Shown here in pieces: positions 28,053 through 37,965 of a stretch of 64,000 nt of DNA. Location of the stretch: contig JAVBWN010000030.1 in assembly GCA_036677365.1 (NCBI GenBank), forward strand, positions 32,001-96,000, given 5' to 3'. A program made the position numbers and the translations under genes. This stretch comes from Acholeplasma sp. (GTDB lineage Bacteria > Bacillota_I > Bacilli_A > Acholeplasmatales > UBA5453). The notes under the pieces are model-generated. The model had not been told where the DNA came from, made no database searches, and saw nothing but the letters and a program-made list of their open reading frames with translations. How positions within the stretch are numbered: the first letter of the stretch is position 1; every line of letters begins with the position of its first letter.

Positions 28053-29019
28053 CATCACCATTGGCCAATATGTACATGGCGATTCATGGATATATAAAAT
28101 GGACCCTCGCGTCAAAATCATCAGTTTGATGTTATCGATGGTCATCACATTCATCATCCCTTCATTCACATTGATGTCGGTTTTATTGGGTTTAACGATT
28201 CTCATGGTATTAACCACAGGCATCCCATTTCTTAAAATGATTCGTGGGATGAAAGCATTGTTGTTCTTATTAACATTCACATTCATCATTCAAATATTCA
28301 ATATTCGTACCGGGGATTTATTGTTAGATGTGAACATGACTTTAGGTTTCGCTTCCATTGCTGCGATGGTCCTCATCATCGTTTTATATAATGTCTATAA
28401 ACGTCGATTTAAGTACCGTGCAACGTTATTTTTATTGATGGCATTCTCGTTATTCCTGGTTCAATATCTACTGCCTTATGGTAAAATTTGGTCCTATGAT
28501 TTCATGATTTATTCAGATGGTTTGTATCGTACGGGGTTTTTGTTATTTAGGATTATGGTTGTCATCATCCTATCCTCATTACTGACATTTACTACCATGA
28601 CAACCGATTTAAACAATGGATTAGAAGCTGTCATGAAGCCGTTAGAATGGGTCAAATTTCCAGTGGCAGAATTATCGATGATGTTATCACTCACGTTGAG
28701 ATTCATTCCAACGCTATTAGAAGAAACTCAAAAGATCATGAAGGCACAAGCCTCCCGTGGGGTCGAATTCAGCGAGTCATCGCTTAAGAAAAAGATTTCT
28801 CAAATGATTTCCTTGTTGATTCCCATTTTCATCATCTCTTTTAAACGCGCCGAAGACTTGGCGAATGCCATGGAATCCCGTGGGTATGTGATTGGTGAAA
28901 AACGCACTAAAATCGACGTCATGACGATCCAATACCTCGATATTCTCACCATCATTACCTTAATTGGTTTACTCACGGTGGTCATCTTGATGAATACAGG
29001 CGTGTTGTATGCGATATAA
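28045..29019 (+). CDS. ecfT: ECF transporter transmembrane component T
   Basis: MDPRVK, LRFIPTL, AQASRG, AMESRGY. Confidence 0.95.
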   Translation: MNNITIGQYVHGDSWIYKMDPRVKIISLMLSMVITFIIPSFTLMSVLLGLTILMVLTTGIPFLKMIRGMKALLFLLTFTFIIQIFNIRTGDLLLDVNMTLGFASIAAMVLIIVLYNVYKRRFKYRATLFLLMAFSLFLVQYLLPYGKIWSYDFMIYSDGLYRTGFLLFRIMVVIILSSLLTFTTMTTDLNNGLEAVMKPLEWVKFPVAELSMMLSLTLRFIPTLLEETQKIMKAQASRGVEFSESSLKKKISQMISLLIPIFIISFKRAEDLANAMESRGYVIGEKRTKIDVMTIQYLDILTIITLIGLLTVVILMNTGVLYAI

Positions 29020-29731
29020 ATTAACCATTGCCTACGATGGGTCAGGCTACCAGGGATTTCAAAGTCAGAAAAATGGGGTAGGCATCCAAGCGGTTCTTGA
29101 AGAAACATTGAGTAAGATTGCAAAAGAACCGATTGAAATCGTCGCTTCAGGGAGAACCGATAAAGGGGTACATGCTTTGGGTCAGGTTTGTCACTTTGAT
29201 ACCCAAAATCACATGTCAGAAAGCGCGTGGTTGCGTGCGCTCAACACCTATTTGCCAAATGACATTGTCGCTTTAGATATCCATAAAACAACAGACGAAT
29301 TTCATGCGAGATTTAGTGCCACCAAAAAAAGTTATGTATATGTCATTTCAAAAGACTACAATGTCTTTAGAAGATATTATGAAACCTACATCAAATACCC
29401 ACTCGATGTCGATTTGATGAAGAAAGCCACTGAAAAGTTAGCTGGAACCCATGATTTTAAAGGCTTTGGTGTGTATGTGGAACATAAACCCACCATCAAA
29501 ACCCTATTTCAATCCACACTAGAAGAAACCGACACCCATTATATTTTTACTTTCGTCGCCGATGGATTTTTGAAATATATGGTCAGAAGTATGGTCGGCA
29601 CCATCCTTGACATCGGTAGAGGGAAAATCCCAATCACCGTCATCGATGACATATTAGAAAACCAAGATCGATCCAAAGTTGGTAAAACCGCAGCCCCAGA
29701 AGGCTTATATTTGAAACAAGTTTGGTATTAA
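29009..29731 (+). CDS. truA: tRNA pseudouridine(38-40) synthase
   Basis: YDGSGYQGFQ, SGRTDKGVHA, FHARF, FLKYMVR. Confidence 0.97.
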   Translation: MRYKLTIAYDGSGYQGFQSQKNGVGIQAVLEETLSKIAKEPIEIVASGRTDKGVHALGQVCHFDTQNHMSESAWLRALNTYLPNDIVALDIHKTTDEFHARFSATKKSYVYVISKDYNVFRRYYETYIKYPLDVDLMKKATEKLAGTHDFKGFGVYVEHKPTIKTLFQSTLEETDTHYIFTFVADGFLKYMVRSMVGTILDIGRGKIPITVIDDILENQDRSKVGKTAAPEGLYLKQVWY

Positions 29732-29743
29732 GAGGAGGCAATC

Positions 29744-30358
29744 ATGTTTATTACATTTGAAGGTGGAGAAGGTTCAGGCAAAACGACCCTAATCCAAGCC
29801 TTAGTGAAGTGGCTCAAAGAGCACCAAATCGACTGTGTCGCGACACGCGAACCCGGCGGTTCAGACATCGCTGAAAAAATCAGAGCCATCATTTTAGATC
29901 AACAAAATACCCACATGAGAGCTAGAACCGAAGCCCTTCTTTTCGCAGCTGCACGTGTACAACATTTAGAAGAAACCGTGATTCCAGCGTTAGAAAAAGG
30001 TAAAGTTGTGCTTTGTGACCGCTATATCGATTCATCGCTTGCATACCAAGGTCATGCCAGAGGGTTGAGCTTTGATGCCATCTTAAAAATCAATACGTTC
30101 GCTTTAGAACATATGCCGGATATGACCATCTATATCAATTCAGACCCACAAATCGGATTGGCCAGAATCAAATCCAGAGAAAATAACCGTTTGGATTTGG
30201 AACAACTCGATTTTCATCAAAAAGTACGCGAAGGGTATTTATTGCTTGCTAAAATGTACCCCAATCGTTACTTGGTGATCAATGGCGACCGCACCATGCA
30301 AGAAGTCATTGACGATGTGAAAGCCCATTTGAAGGATGTGCTTTTATGCCGAACATAA
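29744..30358 (+). CDS. tmk: Thymidylate kinase
   Basis: FITFEGGEGSGKTT, TREPGG, DRYIDSSLAYQG. Confidence 0.97.
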   Translation: MFITFEGGEGSGKTTLIQALVKWLKEHQIDCVATREPGGSDIAEKIRAIILDQQNTHMRARTEALLFAAARVQHLEETVIPALEKGKVVLCDRYIDSSLAYQGHARGLSFDAILKINTFALEHMPDMTIYINSDPQIGLARIKSRENNRLDLEQLDFHQKVREGYLLLAKMYPNRYLVINGDRTMQEVIDDVKAHLKDVLLCRT

Positions 30359-31284
30359 AGCAACAAACCATTTTAAATCAATTCAAAAGAGCGATTGCGA
30401 AAGACCGTTTAAGTCATTTATATTTATTTACAGGGCCTAAGGGGTCTGGTAAAAAAGAGTTGGCTTTTGAGATTGCTAATGCTTTATTACTGAATAAACC
30501 CGAAGGGGCGGAACAACTTAAAACCAACGGTCATGTGAACTTGATGTTCATTGAACCGGCTGGGCAAAACATCAAAAAAGAACAAATCGCGGATCTGCAA
30601 AGCGAGTTTTCCAAAACATCGCTAACCAAAGGTGCGCGTGTTTATATCATCGATGAAGTGGACAAGTTATCCACCGCTGCTGCGAATGGATTACTCAAAT
30701 TTCTCGAAGAACCATTATCCAAACAAACCGTTGGATTTTTACTATCGGATAACCCTGAACTTGTCTTACCAACCATTCAATCGCGCAGTCAAATCATTTT
30801 CTTAAAACCAAGAAGTGAACATGAACTCACCAACGAACTCAAAGAGGCAGGCATTGATCCTTACTTGGCTGAGTTTTTACCCTACTTGAATAAAGACCGT
30901 GCGGTTGTTTTAGAGATGGCAAAATCCGATGAAGTGATTGAACTCATCAATTGCATCAAAAATTACCACAAAACATTGTTGAAGAAAGAACCTTTATGGC
31001 TGCTATTTGAAACCAAAATGGCCATCATTCGAACCGATAAAACGATTCTGATACAGTTTTTGGAGCTTTTGATGATCTATTATCTCGATTTGCTTAAGAC
31101 AAAAAACAAAGAAATTATCGCGTTTGAAGTCTTTTCTGAAGAGTATGAAGTGATTGCGAATATGCTCTCGATGGAAGATATTTTAAAGCATTTAAAACAA
31201 ATCCAAACGATTTTGTATAGATTAAACTATAATATAAATATAGAGATGGCACTCACACAACTGGTGCTTGACTTAGAGAGATAG
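30346..31284 (+). CDS. holB: DNA polymerase III delta-prime subunit
   Basis: SHLYLFTG, AANGLLKFLEEP, LPTIQSR; position after tmk. Confidence 0.92.
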   Translation: MPNIKQQTILNQFKRAIAKDRLSHLYLFTGPKGSGKKELAFEIANALLLNKPEGAEQLKTNGHVNLMFIEPAGQNIKKEQIADLQSEFSKTSLTKGARVYIIDEVDKLSTAAANGLLKFLEEPLSKQTVGFLLSDNPELVLPTIQSRSQIIFLKPRSEHELTNELKEAGIDPYLAEFLPYLNKDRAVVLEMAKSDEVIELINCIKNYHKTLLKKEPLWLLFETKMAIIRTDKTILIQFLELLMIYYLDLLKTKNKEIIAFEVFSEEYEVIANMLSMEDILKHLKQIQTILYRLNYNINIEMALTQLVLDLER

Positions 31285-31295
31285 AAGGTGAATAC

Positions 31296-32099
31296 ATGCT
31301 TGTTGCACAAGTGCAATTTAGACAAGCTGGTAAAAGATACTATTTTAACCCCAATTCATTGACGATTAAAGACCAATCTATGGTCGTAGTTGAAACCGTC
31401 AGAGGCATTGAATTAGGCAAGGTAGTAGGGAAGCTTGTTGAAGTAAAAGAAGAAGAATTACAAACGGAACTCAAACCGATTTTACGGTTAGCCACCGATA
31501 ACGATATCGAAGAAAATGATTATAATAAAGGTCTAGAACAACAAGTGATGAAAGTCACCAAAGAATTGGTTAAACGCAATCAATTGGATATGAAGCTCTT
31601 AGCAGCAGAATACACATTGGACCGCGATCGTTTGGTCGTATACTTCGAATCTGAAAACCGAGTGGACTTTAGACAATTGGTCAAAGACCTATCTGAAAGC
31701 TTCAAAACCCGTATTGAACTCAGACAAGTGGGGTCAAGAGATGGGGCGAAATTCATTGGCGGGATCGGACCTTGTGGATTGATTACCTGCTGTACCACAT
31801 TCATTGGTGAATTTGATAATGTGTCCATCAAGATGGCTAAAAATCAAAATTTATCATTAAACCCTCAAAAAATCAGTGGCAACTGCGGAAAACTCCTCTG
31901 CTGTATCAAGTTTGAAAATAGCGTGTATGAAGAACTCCGCCAAAACATGCCCGATGTGGGCGACAAGATTAAAACCAAAGATGGCGGGGCAACCGTCATT
32001 GGTATCAATATTTTAAAACAACAACTCAAAGTGGCTTATGAAGATGGGTCATTTGGTTATGTGCTTTTAAAGGACATTGAAAAGAAACATGCAAATTGA
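31296..32099 (+). CDS. yaaT: PSP1-domain protein YaaT/RicT
   Basis: RVDFRQLVKDL, RIELRQVG.RD, GPCG...CC, SIKMAKNQ, CGKLLCC. Confidence 0.93.
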   Translation: MLVAQVQFRQAGKRYYFNPNSLTIKDQSMVVVETVRGIELGKVVGKLVEVKEEELQTELKPILRLATDNDIEENDYNKGLEQQVMKVTKELVKRNQLDMKLLAAEYTLDRDRLVVYFESENRVDFRQLVKDLSESFKTRIELRQVGSRDGAKFIGGIGPCGLITCCTTFIGEFDNVSIKMAKNQNLSLNPQKISGNCGKLLCCIKFENSVYEELRQNMPDVGDKIKTKDGGATVIGINILKQQLKVAYEDGSFGYVLLKDIEKKHAN

Positions 32100-32847
32100 G
32101 AATGATTTATTAGGTTACCCTAGACTCAAGATCATCCAAGACCCAGAGATGTTTTCTTTTTCCATCGATTCCATGTTGTTGGGTGATTTTGTCAAAATCA
32201 AGAAAAATACCAAACGCATTATGGATCTTTGCACGGGTAATGGTGCCATCCCGCTTTATTTATCGATCAAAACGAAAGCCGAAATACATGGGGTAGAAAT
32301 CCAAGAGAAGGTCTATGAGATGGCGTCTAAAGGCGTTTCTATCAACCATTTGGAACATCAAATCCACCTCCATCATCGAGATTTAAGAGGCATCGCCAAA
32401 ATCGTTGGAAAACTCTCGTTTGACATCGTCACAGCGAACCCACCCTTCTTTAAAGTACCCAATGAACCACACCTCAATAAAAATGAATACCTTACCATAG
32501 CAAGACATGAAGTCATGCTGACCTTAGAGGAACTCATCATCGAGGCGCACGCTCTGTTGAATAACGGCGGTTCATTTTATTTAGTACATCGACCAGATCG
32601 TTTAACAGATATTTTAAGCTTATTAAGAAAGCACGATTTAGAACCCAAACGCATGCGTTTAGTTCAACCAAGAAGAAATACCAAACCAAACCACGTTTTG
32701 ATTGAAGCAGTCAAAAACAGATTAGAAGGTGGCTTAATTGTGGAAACCCCACTGGTCGTCTACCATAAAGACAACTGGACCAAAGCCATTTTAGACATAT
32801 ATAACATTGGGAGGGAATCATATGTTACTCAGTCTACTCAACCGTAA
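32089..32847 (+). CDS. tRNA1(Val) A37 N6-methyltransferase (YabB-like)
   Basis: FSIDSMLL, DLCTGNG, NPPFF, IARHE; position after yaaT. Confidence 0.9.
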   Translation: MQIENDLLGYPRLKIIQDPEMFSFSIDSMLLGDFVKIKKNTKRIMDLCTGNGAIPLYLSIKTKAEIHGVEIQEKVYEMASKGVSINHLEHQIHLHHRDLRGIAKIVGKLSFDIVTANPPFFKVPNEPHLNKNEYLTIARHEVMLTLEELIIEAHALLNNGGSFYLVHRPDRLTDILSLLRKHDLEPKRMRLVQPRRNTKPNHVLIEAVKNRLEGGLIVETPLVVYHKDNWTKAILDIYNIGRESYVTQSTQP

Positions 32848-33232
32848 AGAAAAACTGAAATTCCTCGACTTGGCCATCCATATGGTCGCGATTGACGGGG
32901 AACCGAATGCGTTTGAAAAGCGTATTTTAAACATGATGTTGGCCGAAGTAGGCGACGACATTTATAAAGAATACACCTTCTCACTCGCGAGTGACAAAGA
33001 AGCGACGGTTGCGTATTTTGTGAATCAACCGAAAGCCACCCGCCACATTGTATTGCTCAATCTATTGAAGCTATCGATGTTTGATGATTTGTACAATACC
33101 TCAGAACACTTCTTCATCGATAATGTTCGTCGTCAATTCAAAATTGGCGTTGCGAAACGTAAAGAATTGATGAGGATCATTTACGCAGAACGCGATTGGC
33201 ACGAACAAGCCAAACGTGTTTGCATGGAGTAA
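32822..33232 (+). CDS. Hypothetical protein, TerB-like helical fold
   Basis: Two IDG.....E / FDD.....E acidic motifs in a helical repeat; GGGAGG RBS. Confidence 0.6.
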   Translation: MLLSLLNRKEKLKFLDLAIHMVAIDGEPNAFEKRILNMMLAEVGDDIYKEYTFSLASDKEATVAYFVNQPKATRHIVLLNLLKLSMFDDLYNTSEHFFIDNVRRQFKIGVAKRKELMRIIYAERDWHEQAKRVCME

Positions 33233-33233
33233 C

Positions 33234-34082
33234 ATGATCCGCCAAAGTTTCGTTGAAAACAAGCCTACATTGTATTTGATTTCAACCCCCATTGGCAACT
33301 TAAAAGACATCACACTCAGAGCACTTGAAACGCTAAAAACGGTTCAAGTGATTTTTGCTGAAGACACCCGTAATACACTCAAATTACTGTCTCATTATGA
33401 GATATCCAAACCCGTCAAAAGTTACCATGAGCACAACAAGAAAAGTGCAGCCCTAGAAGTTTTAAGACATCTAGAAAATGGCGATTCTGTGGGATTAGTC
33501 ACCGATGCTGGTACACCTGCCATTTCTGACCCTGGGTTTGATTTGGTCTTGCTCGTTAAAGATCATTTTCCTGTGGTTCCGATTCCAGGAGCAAGCGCTG
33601 TTTTGGCTGCATTGGTCGCTTCAGGATTGATACCTCAACCCTTCACATTTTATGGTTTTCTCGATCGCACCATTTCCAAACGACAACAAGAATTGAATAA
33701 GCTCTCAGGGCTGCCACATACGCTTGTATTTTATGAACGCGGGGATCGTGTGAAAACCACACTCACAGACATGTTGACTGTCTTAGGCAACCGAAATGTC
33801 GTCTTAGCCAAAGAATTGACCAAGCAATTTGAAACATTTTATGAAGGGGACATCAGCACTTTAATGGGTAGCGAAATTCATGAAAAAGGTGAGTTTGTCA
33901 TACTCGTTTCTGGGAAATTGGACCAAGCCACATCGAGTGGTGATGTCGTATCGGATGTGAAAGAATATATCGCTTTGGGTTACTCAGAGAAGGAAGCCAT
34001 CAAGAAAGTTGCGAGTGAACTGGGTGTCCATAAAAATGAGATTTATCAACAAGTCATTCAAGCGGGTGGCATCAAAAAATAG
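33234..34082 (+). CDS. rsmI: 16S rRNA C1402 2'-O-methyltransferase
   Basis: TPIGNLKDIT.RA, AEDTR, DAGTPAISDPG, PIPGASA, ELTK.FE. Confidence 0.96.
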   Translation: MIRQSFVENKPTLYLISTPIGNLKDITLRALETLKTVQVIFAEDTRNTLKLLSHYEISKPVKSYHEHNKKSAALEVLRHLENGDSVGLVTDAGTPAISDPGFDLVLLVKDHFPVVPIPGASAVLAALVASGLIPQPFTFYGFLDRTISKRQQELNKLSGLPHTLVFYERGDRVKTTLTDMLTVLGNRNVVLAKELTKQFETFYEGDISTLMGSEIHEKGEFVILVSGKLDQATSSGDVVSDVKEYIALGYSEKEAIKKVASELGVHKNEIYQQVIQAGGIKK

Positions 34083-34151
34083 TTGCATACCTGTGGATTT
34101 TTCTACAAAAATCAACTTTACAATCGAATCAAAAATGCCTGCATAAATGAG

Positions 34152-34180
34152 TTGTTTTTATGCAGGTTATTATATATAAT
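34152..34180 (+). promoter_or_regulatory. Promoter of the metG leader, overlapping a hairpin (34138-34166) that may terminate the upstream operon
   Basis: TTGTTT-17 bp-TATAAT; CCTGCATAAA...TTTATGCAGG stem. Confidence 0.65.
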
Positions 34181-34187
34181 AGGGTTA

Positions 34188-34407
34188 CAGGCTTGGATGA
34201 AGAGAGTACGGTTGTGGTTTTAAGCTAGAGAGTTTGTGGTTGGTGCAAACAAACAGAACACAAAAAGAAGATGACTTCGGAGCCGTTTGATCGATAGGTA
34301 GATCAAACCGTAAGCACGCGTTAAGTGTTTGAGGGCTATGGGCAACCATAGAACTAAGGTGGTACCGCGATCTTTTCGTCCTTAGCGTTTTTAAGGGCGA
34401 TTTTTTT
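34188..34407 (+). ncRNA. T-box riboswitch, Met specifier
   Basis: Stem I motifs AGAGA and GGTGCAA; specifier gaag-ATG (34271-34273); T-box AAGGTGGTACCGCG (34356-34369); terminator TCGTCCTTAG...TTAAGGGCGA-T7; upstream of metG. Confidence 0.93.
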
Positions 34408-34431
34408 ACGAAAAAATGGAGGTAAAAGAAG

Positions 34432-35988
34432 ATGAAAAAACCATTTTATATTTCAACAGCCATCGCGTATGCTTCTGCGATTCCGCACGTTGGCAACGTG
34501 TATGAAGCCATACTAGCGGATGCAATTGCACGCTTTAAGCGCTTGGACGGCTATGACGTCTATTTCCAAACTGGGACCGATGAACACGGTCAAAAAATCG
34601 AATCACGTGCCGCAGGTAAAGGTATGGAACCACAAGCGTATACCGACCTCATTTCGAATGAAATTAAACGCATTTACGCCGCTGTCGGTGTAGAGTATGA
34701 CCATTTCATCCGCACCACAGACGAAAACCATCGCCAAGTGGTACAAGCCATCTTCAAGAAACTCTATGATCAAGGCGACATCTATTTAGGTAAATATGCT
34801 GGATGGTACAGTGTTTCAGAAGAATCCTTCATCGCTGAAAAAGACATCGTTGATGGTAAAGGTCCAAATGGGGACACCTTGGTATGGACCGAAGAAGAAA
34901 CCTTCTTTTTCGATTTAAAAAAATACCAACCGAGACTCATTGAACACATCCAAAATCACCCAGAATTCATCGCACCAGAATCTAGAAAGAATGAAATGTT
35001 GAACAATTTCTTGAGCGAACCACTTCAAGATTTGTCTGTATCGAGAACCTCCTTCAAGTGGGGCATCCCTACATTCGACCCTAAACACGTCATATATGTG
35101 TGGATAGACGCTTTAACCAACTACATCAGTGGGTTGGACTTGGATGCGTCATTGACACCTTCTGAAAAGTTCAAAAAATACTGGCCAGCTGACATCCATT
35201 TGATCGGTAAAGACATCTTAAGATTCCACACGATTTATTGGCCAATCATGTTGATGGCTTTAGGGTTAGAATTACCTAAGACCGTGTTTGGTCACCCTTG
35301 GGTTTTAATCGACAAGTCGAAAATGAGTAAGTCCTTAGGTAATACGATGTATGTCGATGATATCTTGAAATACTTCAAAAAAGATACGTTGAGATATTAT
35401 GTTCTACACGAGATTCCTTTCGCAGCGGATGGTAATCTCACGTATGAATTATTGATCGAAAGAAACAACACGGATTTAGCCAACACGTTGGGTAACCTTG
35501 TGAACCGCACCATCGGTATGGCAAACAAATACCGTGGTGGTCTAGTAAAGAAAGCCAACACCCAAAAAACATATGAAATTTCATTGGTTGAAGCAACCTC
35601 GACACTTTTAGAACAAGTGCGTTTAAAGATGGACGAATACCGTGTCGCTGACGCCATTGAAGAAATTATGAAGGTATTGAGACAAGCCAATAAATTCATC
35701 GATGTCACTGAGCCTTGGAAACTATTCAAAGACGAAACAGCTCAAGCCGAACTCGATGGCGTATTGTATGAACTCTTAGAAACCATCCGCATCACTGCGG
35801 TGGTACTACGTGCATTCATTCCAGATACAGCCAATGAAATCTTGCGTCAAATCAATACAACGAAAAATACATTCGATTCGATTACCACGTTTGGTGGTTT
35901 CGAAGATGGCACACAACTCAATGCACCTGTGGTATTATTTGAACGTTATAATCCTCAGGAAAAACTTGAAGAAATCTTAAAAGGATAA
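34432..35988 (+). CDS. metG: Methionine--tRNA ligase (short form, no C-terminal tRNA-binding appendix)
   Basis: PHVGN, TGTDEHG, YVWIDAL, GKDILRFH, KMSKS. Confidence 0.97.
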   Translation: MKKPFYISTAIAYASAIPHVGNVYEAILADAIARFKRLDGYDVYFQTGTDEHGQKIESRAAGKGMEPQAYTDLISNEIKRIYAAVGVEYDHFIRTTDENHRQVVQAIFKKLYDQGDIYLGKYAGWYSVSEESFIAEKDIVDGKGPNGDTLVWTEEETFFFDLKKYQPRLIEHIQNHPEFIAPESRKNEMLNNFLSEPLQDLSVSRTSFKWGIPTFDPKHVIYVWIDALTNYISGLDLDASLTPSEKFKKYWPADIHLIGKDILRFHTIYWPIMLMALGLELPKTVFGHPWVLIDKSKMSKSLGNTMYVDDILKYFKKDTLRYYVLHEIPFAADGNLTYELLIERNNTDLANTLGNLVNRTIGMANKYRGGLVKKANTQKTYEISLVEATSTLLEQVRLKMDEYRVADAIEEIMKVLRQANKFIDVTEPWKLFKDETAQAELDGVLYELLETIRITAVVLRAFIPDTANEILRQINTTKNTFDSITTFGGFEDGTQLNAPVVLFERYNPQEKLEEILKG

Positions 35989-35990
35989 AC

Positions 35991-36890
35991 ATGGGCAATC
36001 TATTTAAGAATAATGAAAAACTATTTCTTGAATTACGCGCGCTGTTCGCTGTGACACTGTTTACCATCGTGTATGGTATTGGTGTCAGCTGGTTTCTTGA
36101 AGCCGCAGCAGAACCGCTTTATACAGGGGGTATCCCAGGGATTGGTCAGTTAACCCGAAACATTTTAAACAGTGAATTCGGCTTGAATTTAGGCAACAGT
36201 TTCTTAGGGATATTCATTATGGTTGGAAACATCCCAATCCTCATCTTGGGCTGGTTTGGTGTCTCTAAACGATTCACCATTTATTCCATCATATCGGTCG
36301 TCATTCAATCCACCATTTTAGGTTTCATCCCGGTTGTAGATATGGGCATCGATGATACCTTTGTCTTAGCCGTCATGGGCGGTTTACTCGTGGGTGTCGG
36401 TGTTGGTGGCGCACTAAAATATGGCACATCGACTGGTGGCCTTGACATCGTCGCACAATATTATTCGCTCCGTCACGGCACATCCGTCGGATTCATCTCG
36501 TTGGTGCTAAACGTAGCGATTGCGTTGTTTGGTGCGATTGTATTTGGTAGTGCAAGCGTCGCAGCATATACCATCATTCGTATCATTGTTTCAACCATGG
36601 TTACAGATAAATTACATACGGCATATAACTTTATGAAAGTTGAAATCATCACCGAATCCCCAGCACAACTCACCCAATTGATCCTTGAAAAGGTGTATCG
36701 CGGTGTGACTTTAGCGAAGGTGGAAGGCGCATATTCACATAAAGAAAAAACCATGGTCATCGTCGTGATTTCATCGTATGAACTCACACAAATTCGCAAA
36801 CTCGTTAAAGATTTTGATCCAAAAGCCTTCATGATTACACAGCCAGTGAAAACCATTCAAGGCAACTTTGCAAGAAAAACCATCGTATAA
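35991..36890 (+). CDS. YitT family membrane protein
   Basis: TGGIPG, NIPILILG, GTSTGGLDI, RGVT....GAYS, DPKAF. Confidence 0.92.
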   Translation: MGNLFKNNEKLFLELRALFAVTLFTIVYGIGVSWFLEAAAEPLYTGGIPGIGQLTRNILNSEFGLNLGNSFLGIFIMVGNIPILILGWFGVSKRFTIYSIISVVIQSTILGFIPVVDMGIDDTFVLAVMGGLLVGVGVGGALKYGTSTGGLDIVAQYYSLRHGTSVGFISLVLNVAIALFGAIVFGSASVAAYTIIRIIVSTMVTDKLHTAYNFMKVEIITESPAQLTQLILEKVYRGVTLAKVEGAYSHKEKTMVIVVISSYELTQIRKLVKDFDPKAFMITQPVKTIQGNFARKTIV

Positions 36891-36942
36891 GTGGTGTTAT
36901 TTTGAATCAAAACAGTGCAGTTGAATTTACTTCATATTATGG

Positions 36943-37031
36943 TTGACAAACACCTATACTTATAGTAAGATTTATACGGTACGTTTTAAAAAAGCCCAAA
37001 ATAGCCCTTATTACAACCACAATAAGGAGGA
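36943..37031 (+). promoter_or_regulatory. rplM promoter and probable L13-leader-type element
   Basis: TTGACA-17-TAAGAT (36943-36971); hairpin CCTTATT-acaaccac-AATAAGG overlapping the AGGAGG RBS. Confidence 0.6.
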
Positions 37032-37039
37032 GAATTACA

Positions 37040-37477
37040 ATGATGAAAACAACAATTATGCCAAATCCGGCGAACATCCAAAGAAAATGGTATGTGATCG
37101 ACGCAGATGGCGCAACACTTGGACGTTTAGCGACTCAAGTGGCAGCAATTTTAAAAGGTAAGAATAACCCATACTACGCTCCTCACGTAGATACTGGCGA
37201 TAATGTTATCGTTATTAATGCTGAAAAAATTCAATTAACAGGGAAGAAATGGACTGGTAAAGTCTATTATTCACACAGTGATTATGCTGGTAGCTTAAAG
37301 ACAACTATGGCTAAAGATGTTATGGCTAAGTTCCCAACCAGAATGGTAGAAAAAGCAGTAGAAGGTATGTTGCCACACAACCGTTTAGGTAGCGTAATGT
37401 TTAAGAAATTATACGTTTATGCTGGTAGCGAACATCCGCACATTGCCCAAAAACCAGTTAAGTTGGAGGTATTATAA
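37040..37477 (+). CDS. rplM: 50S ribosomal protein L13
   Basis: [25 protein letters not shown]. Confidence 0.98.
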   Translation: MMKTTIMPNPANIQRKWYVIDADGATLGRLATQVAAILKGKNNPYYAPHVDTGDNVIVINAEKIQLTGKKWTGKVYYSHSDYAGSLKTTMAKDVMAKFPTRMVEKAVEGMLPHNRLGSVMFKKLYVYAGSEHPHIAQKPVKLEVL

Positions 37478-37479
37478 TC

Positions 37480-37875
37480 ATGGCAAAAGCTGTTCAATAT
37501 TTAGGCACAGGACGTCGTAAGAGTTCTGTAGCAAGAGTTATCCTTACAAGTGGTACTGGTAAATTTGTCATCAATGACAGACCATTTGAAGAATATATTC
37601 CTTCAGCAGCAACCCGTTTAGACGTTTTACAACCATTAGCAATTACCGAATCAGAAGGTCGTTTCGACGTTTCTGTCAACGTATATGGCGGCGGTTTAAC
37701 CGGCCAAGCTGGTGCGATTCGTCACGGCATCACTAGAGCATTGATGGAAGTCAATCCTGACTTAAGAGCAACCTTAAAACCTGCTGGATTAGTCACCAGA
37801 GACCCACGTGCTAAAGAACGTAAAAAATACGGTCTTAAGAAAGCTCGTAGAGCATCACAATTCTCAAAACGTTAA
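37480..37875 (+). CDS. rpsI: 30S ribosomal protein S9
   Basis: [31 protein letters not shown]. Confidence 0.98.
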   Translation: MAKAVQYLGTGRRKSSVARVILTSGTGKFVINDRPFEEYIPSAATRLDVLQPLAITESEGRFDVSVNVYGGGLTGQAGAIRHGITRALMEVNPDLRATLKPAGLVTRDPRAKERKKYGLKKARRASQFSKR

Positions 37876-37883
37876 TTTTTATG

Positions 37884-37910
37884 GGCAATCTTCGGATTGC
37901 CTTTTTTTTT
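37884..37910 (+). terminator. Intrinsic terminator
   Basis: GGCAATC-TTCG-GATTGCC-T9. Confidence 0.9.
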
Positions 37911-37965
37911 CTTGTAAGAAAACACCATATATCGTATAATGATATATGCGAAAGAGGGTTTTTGT

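Noticed and set aside
36943..37161. 72-aa ORF overlapping rplM
   Set aside because: Its TTG start is the -35 box of the rplM promoter; no RBS.
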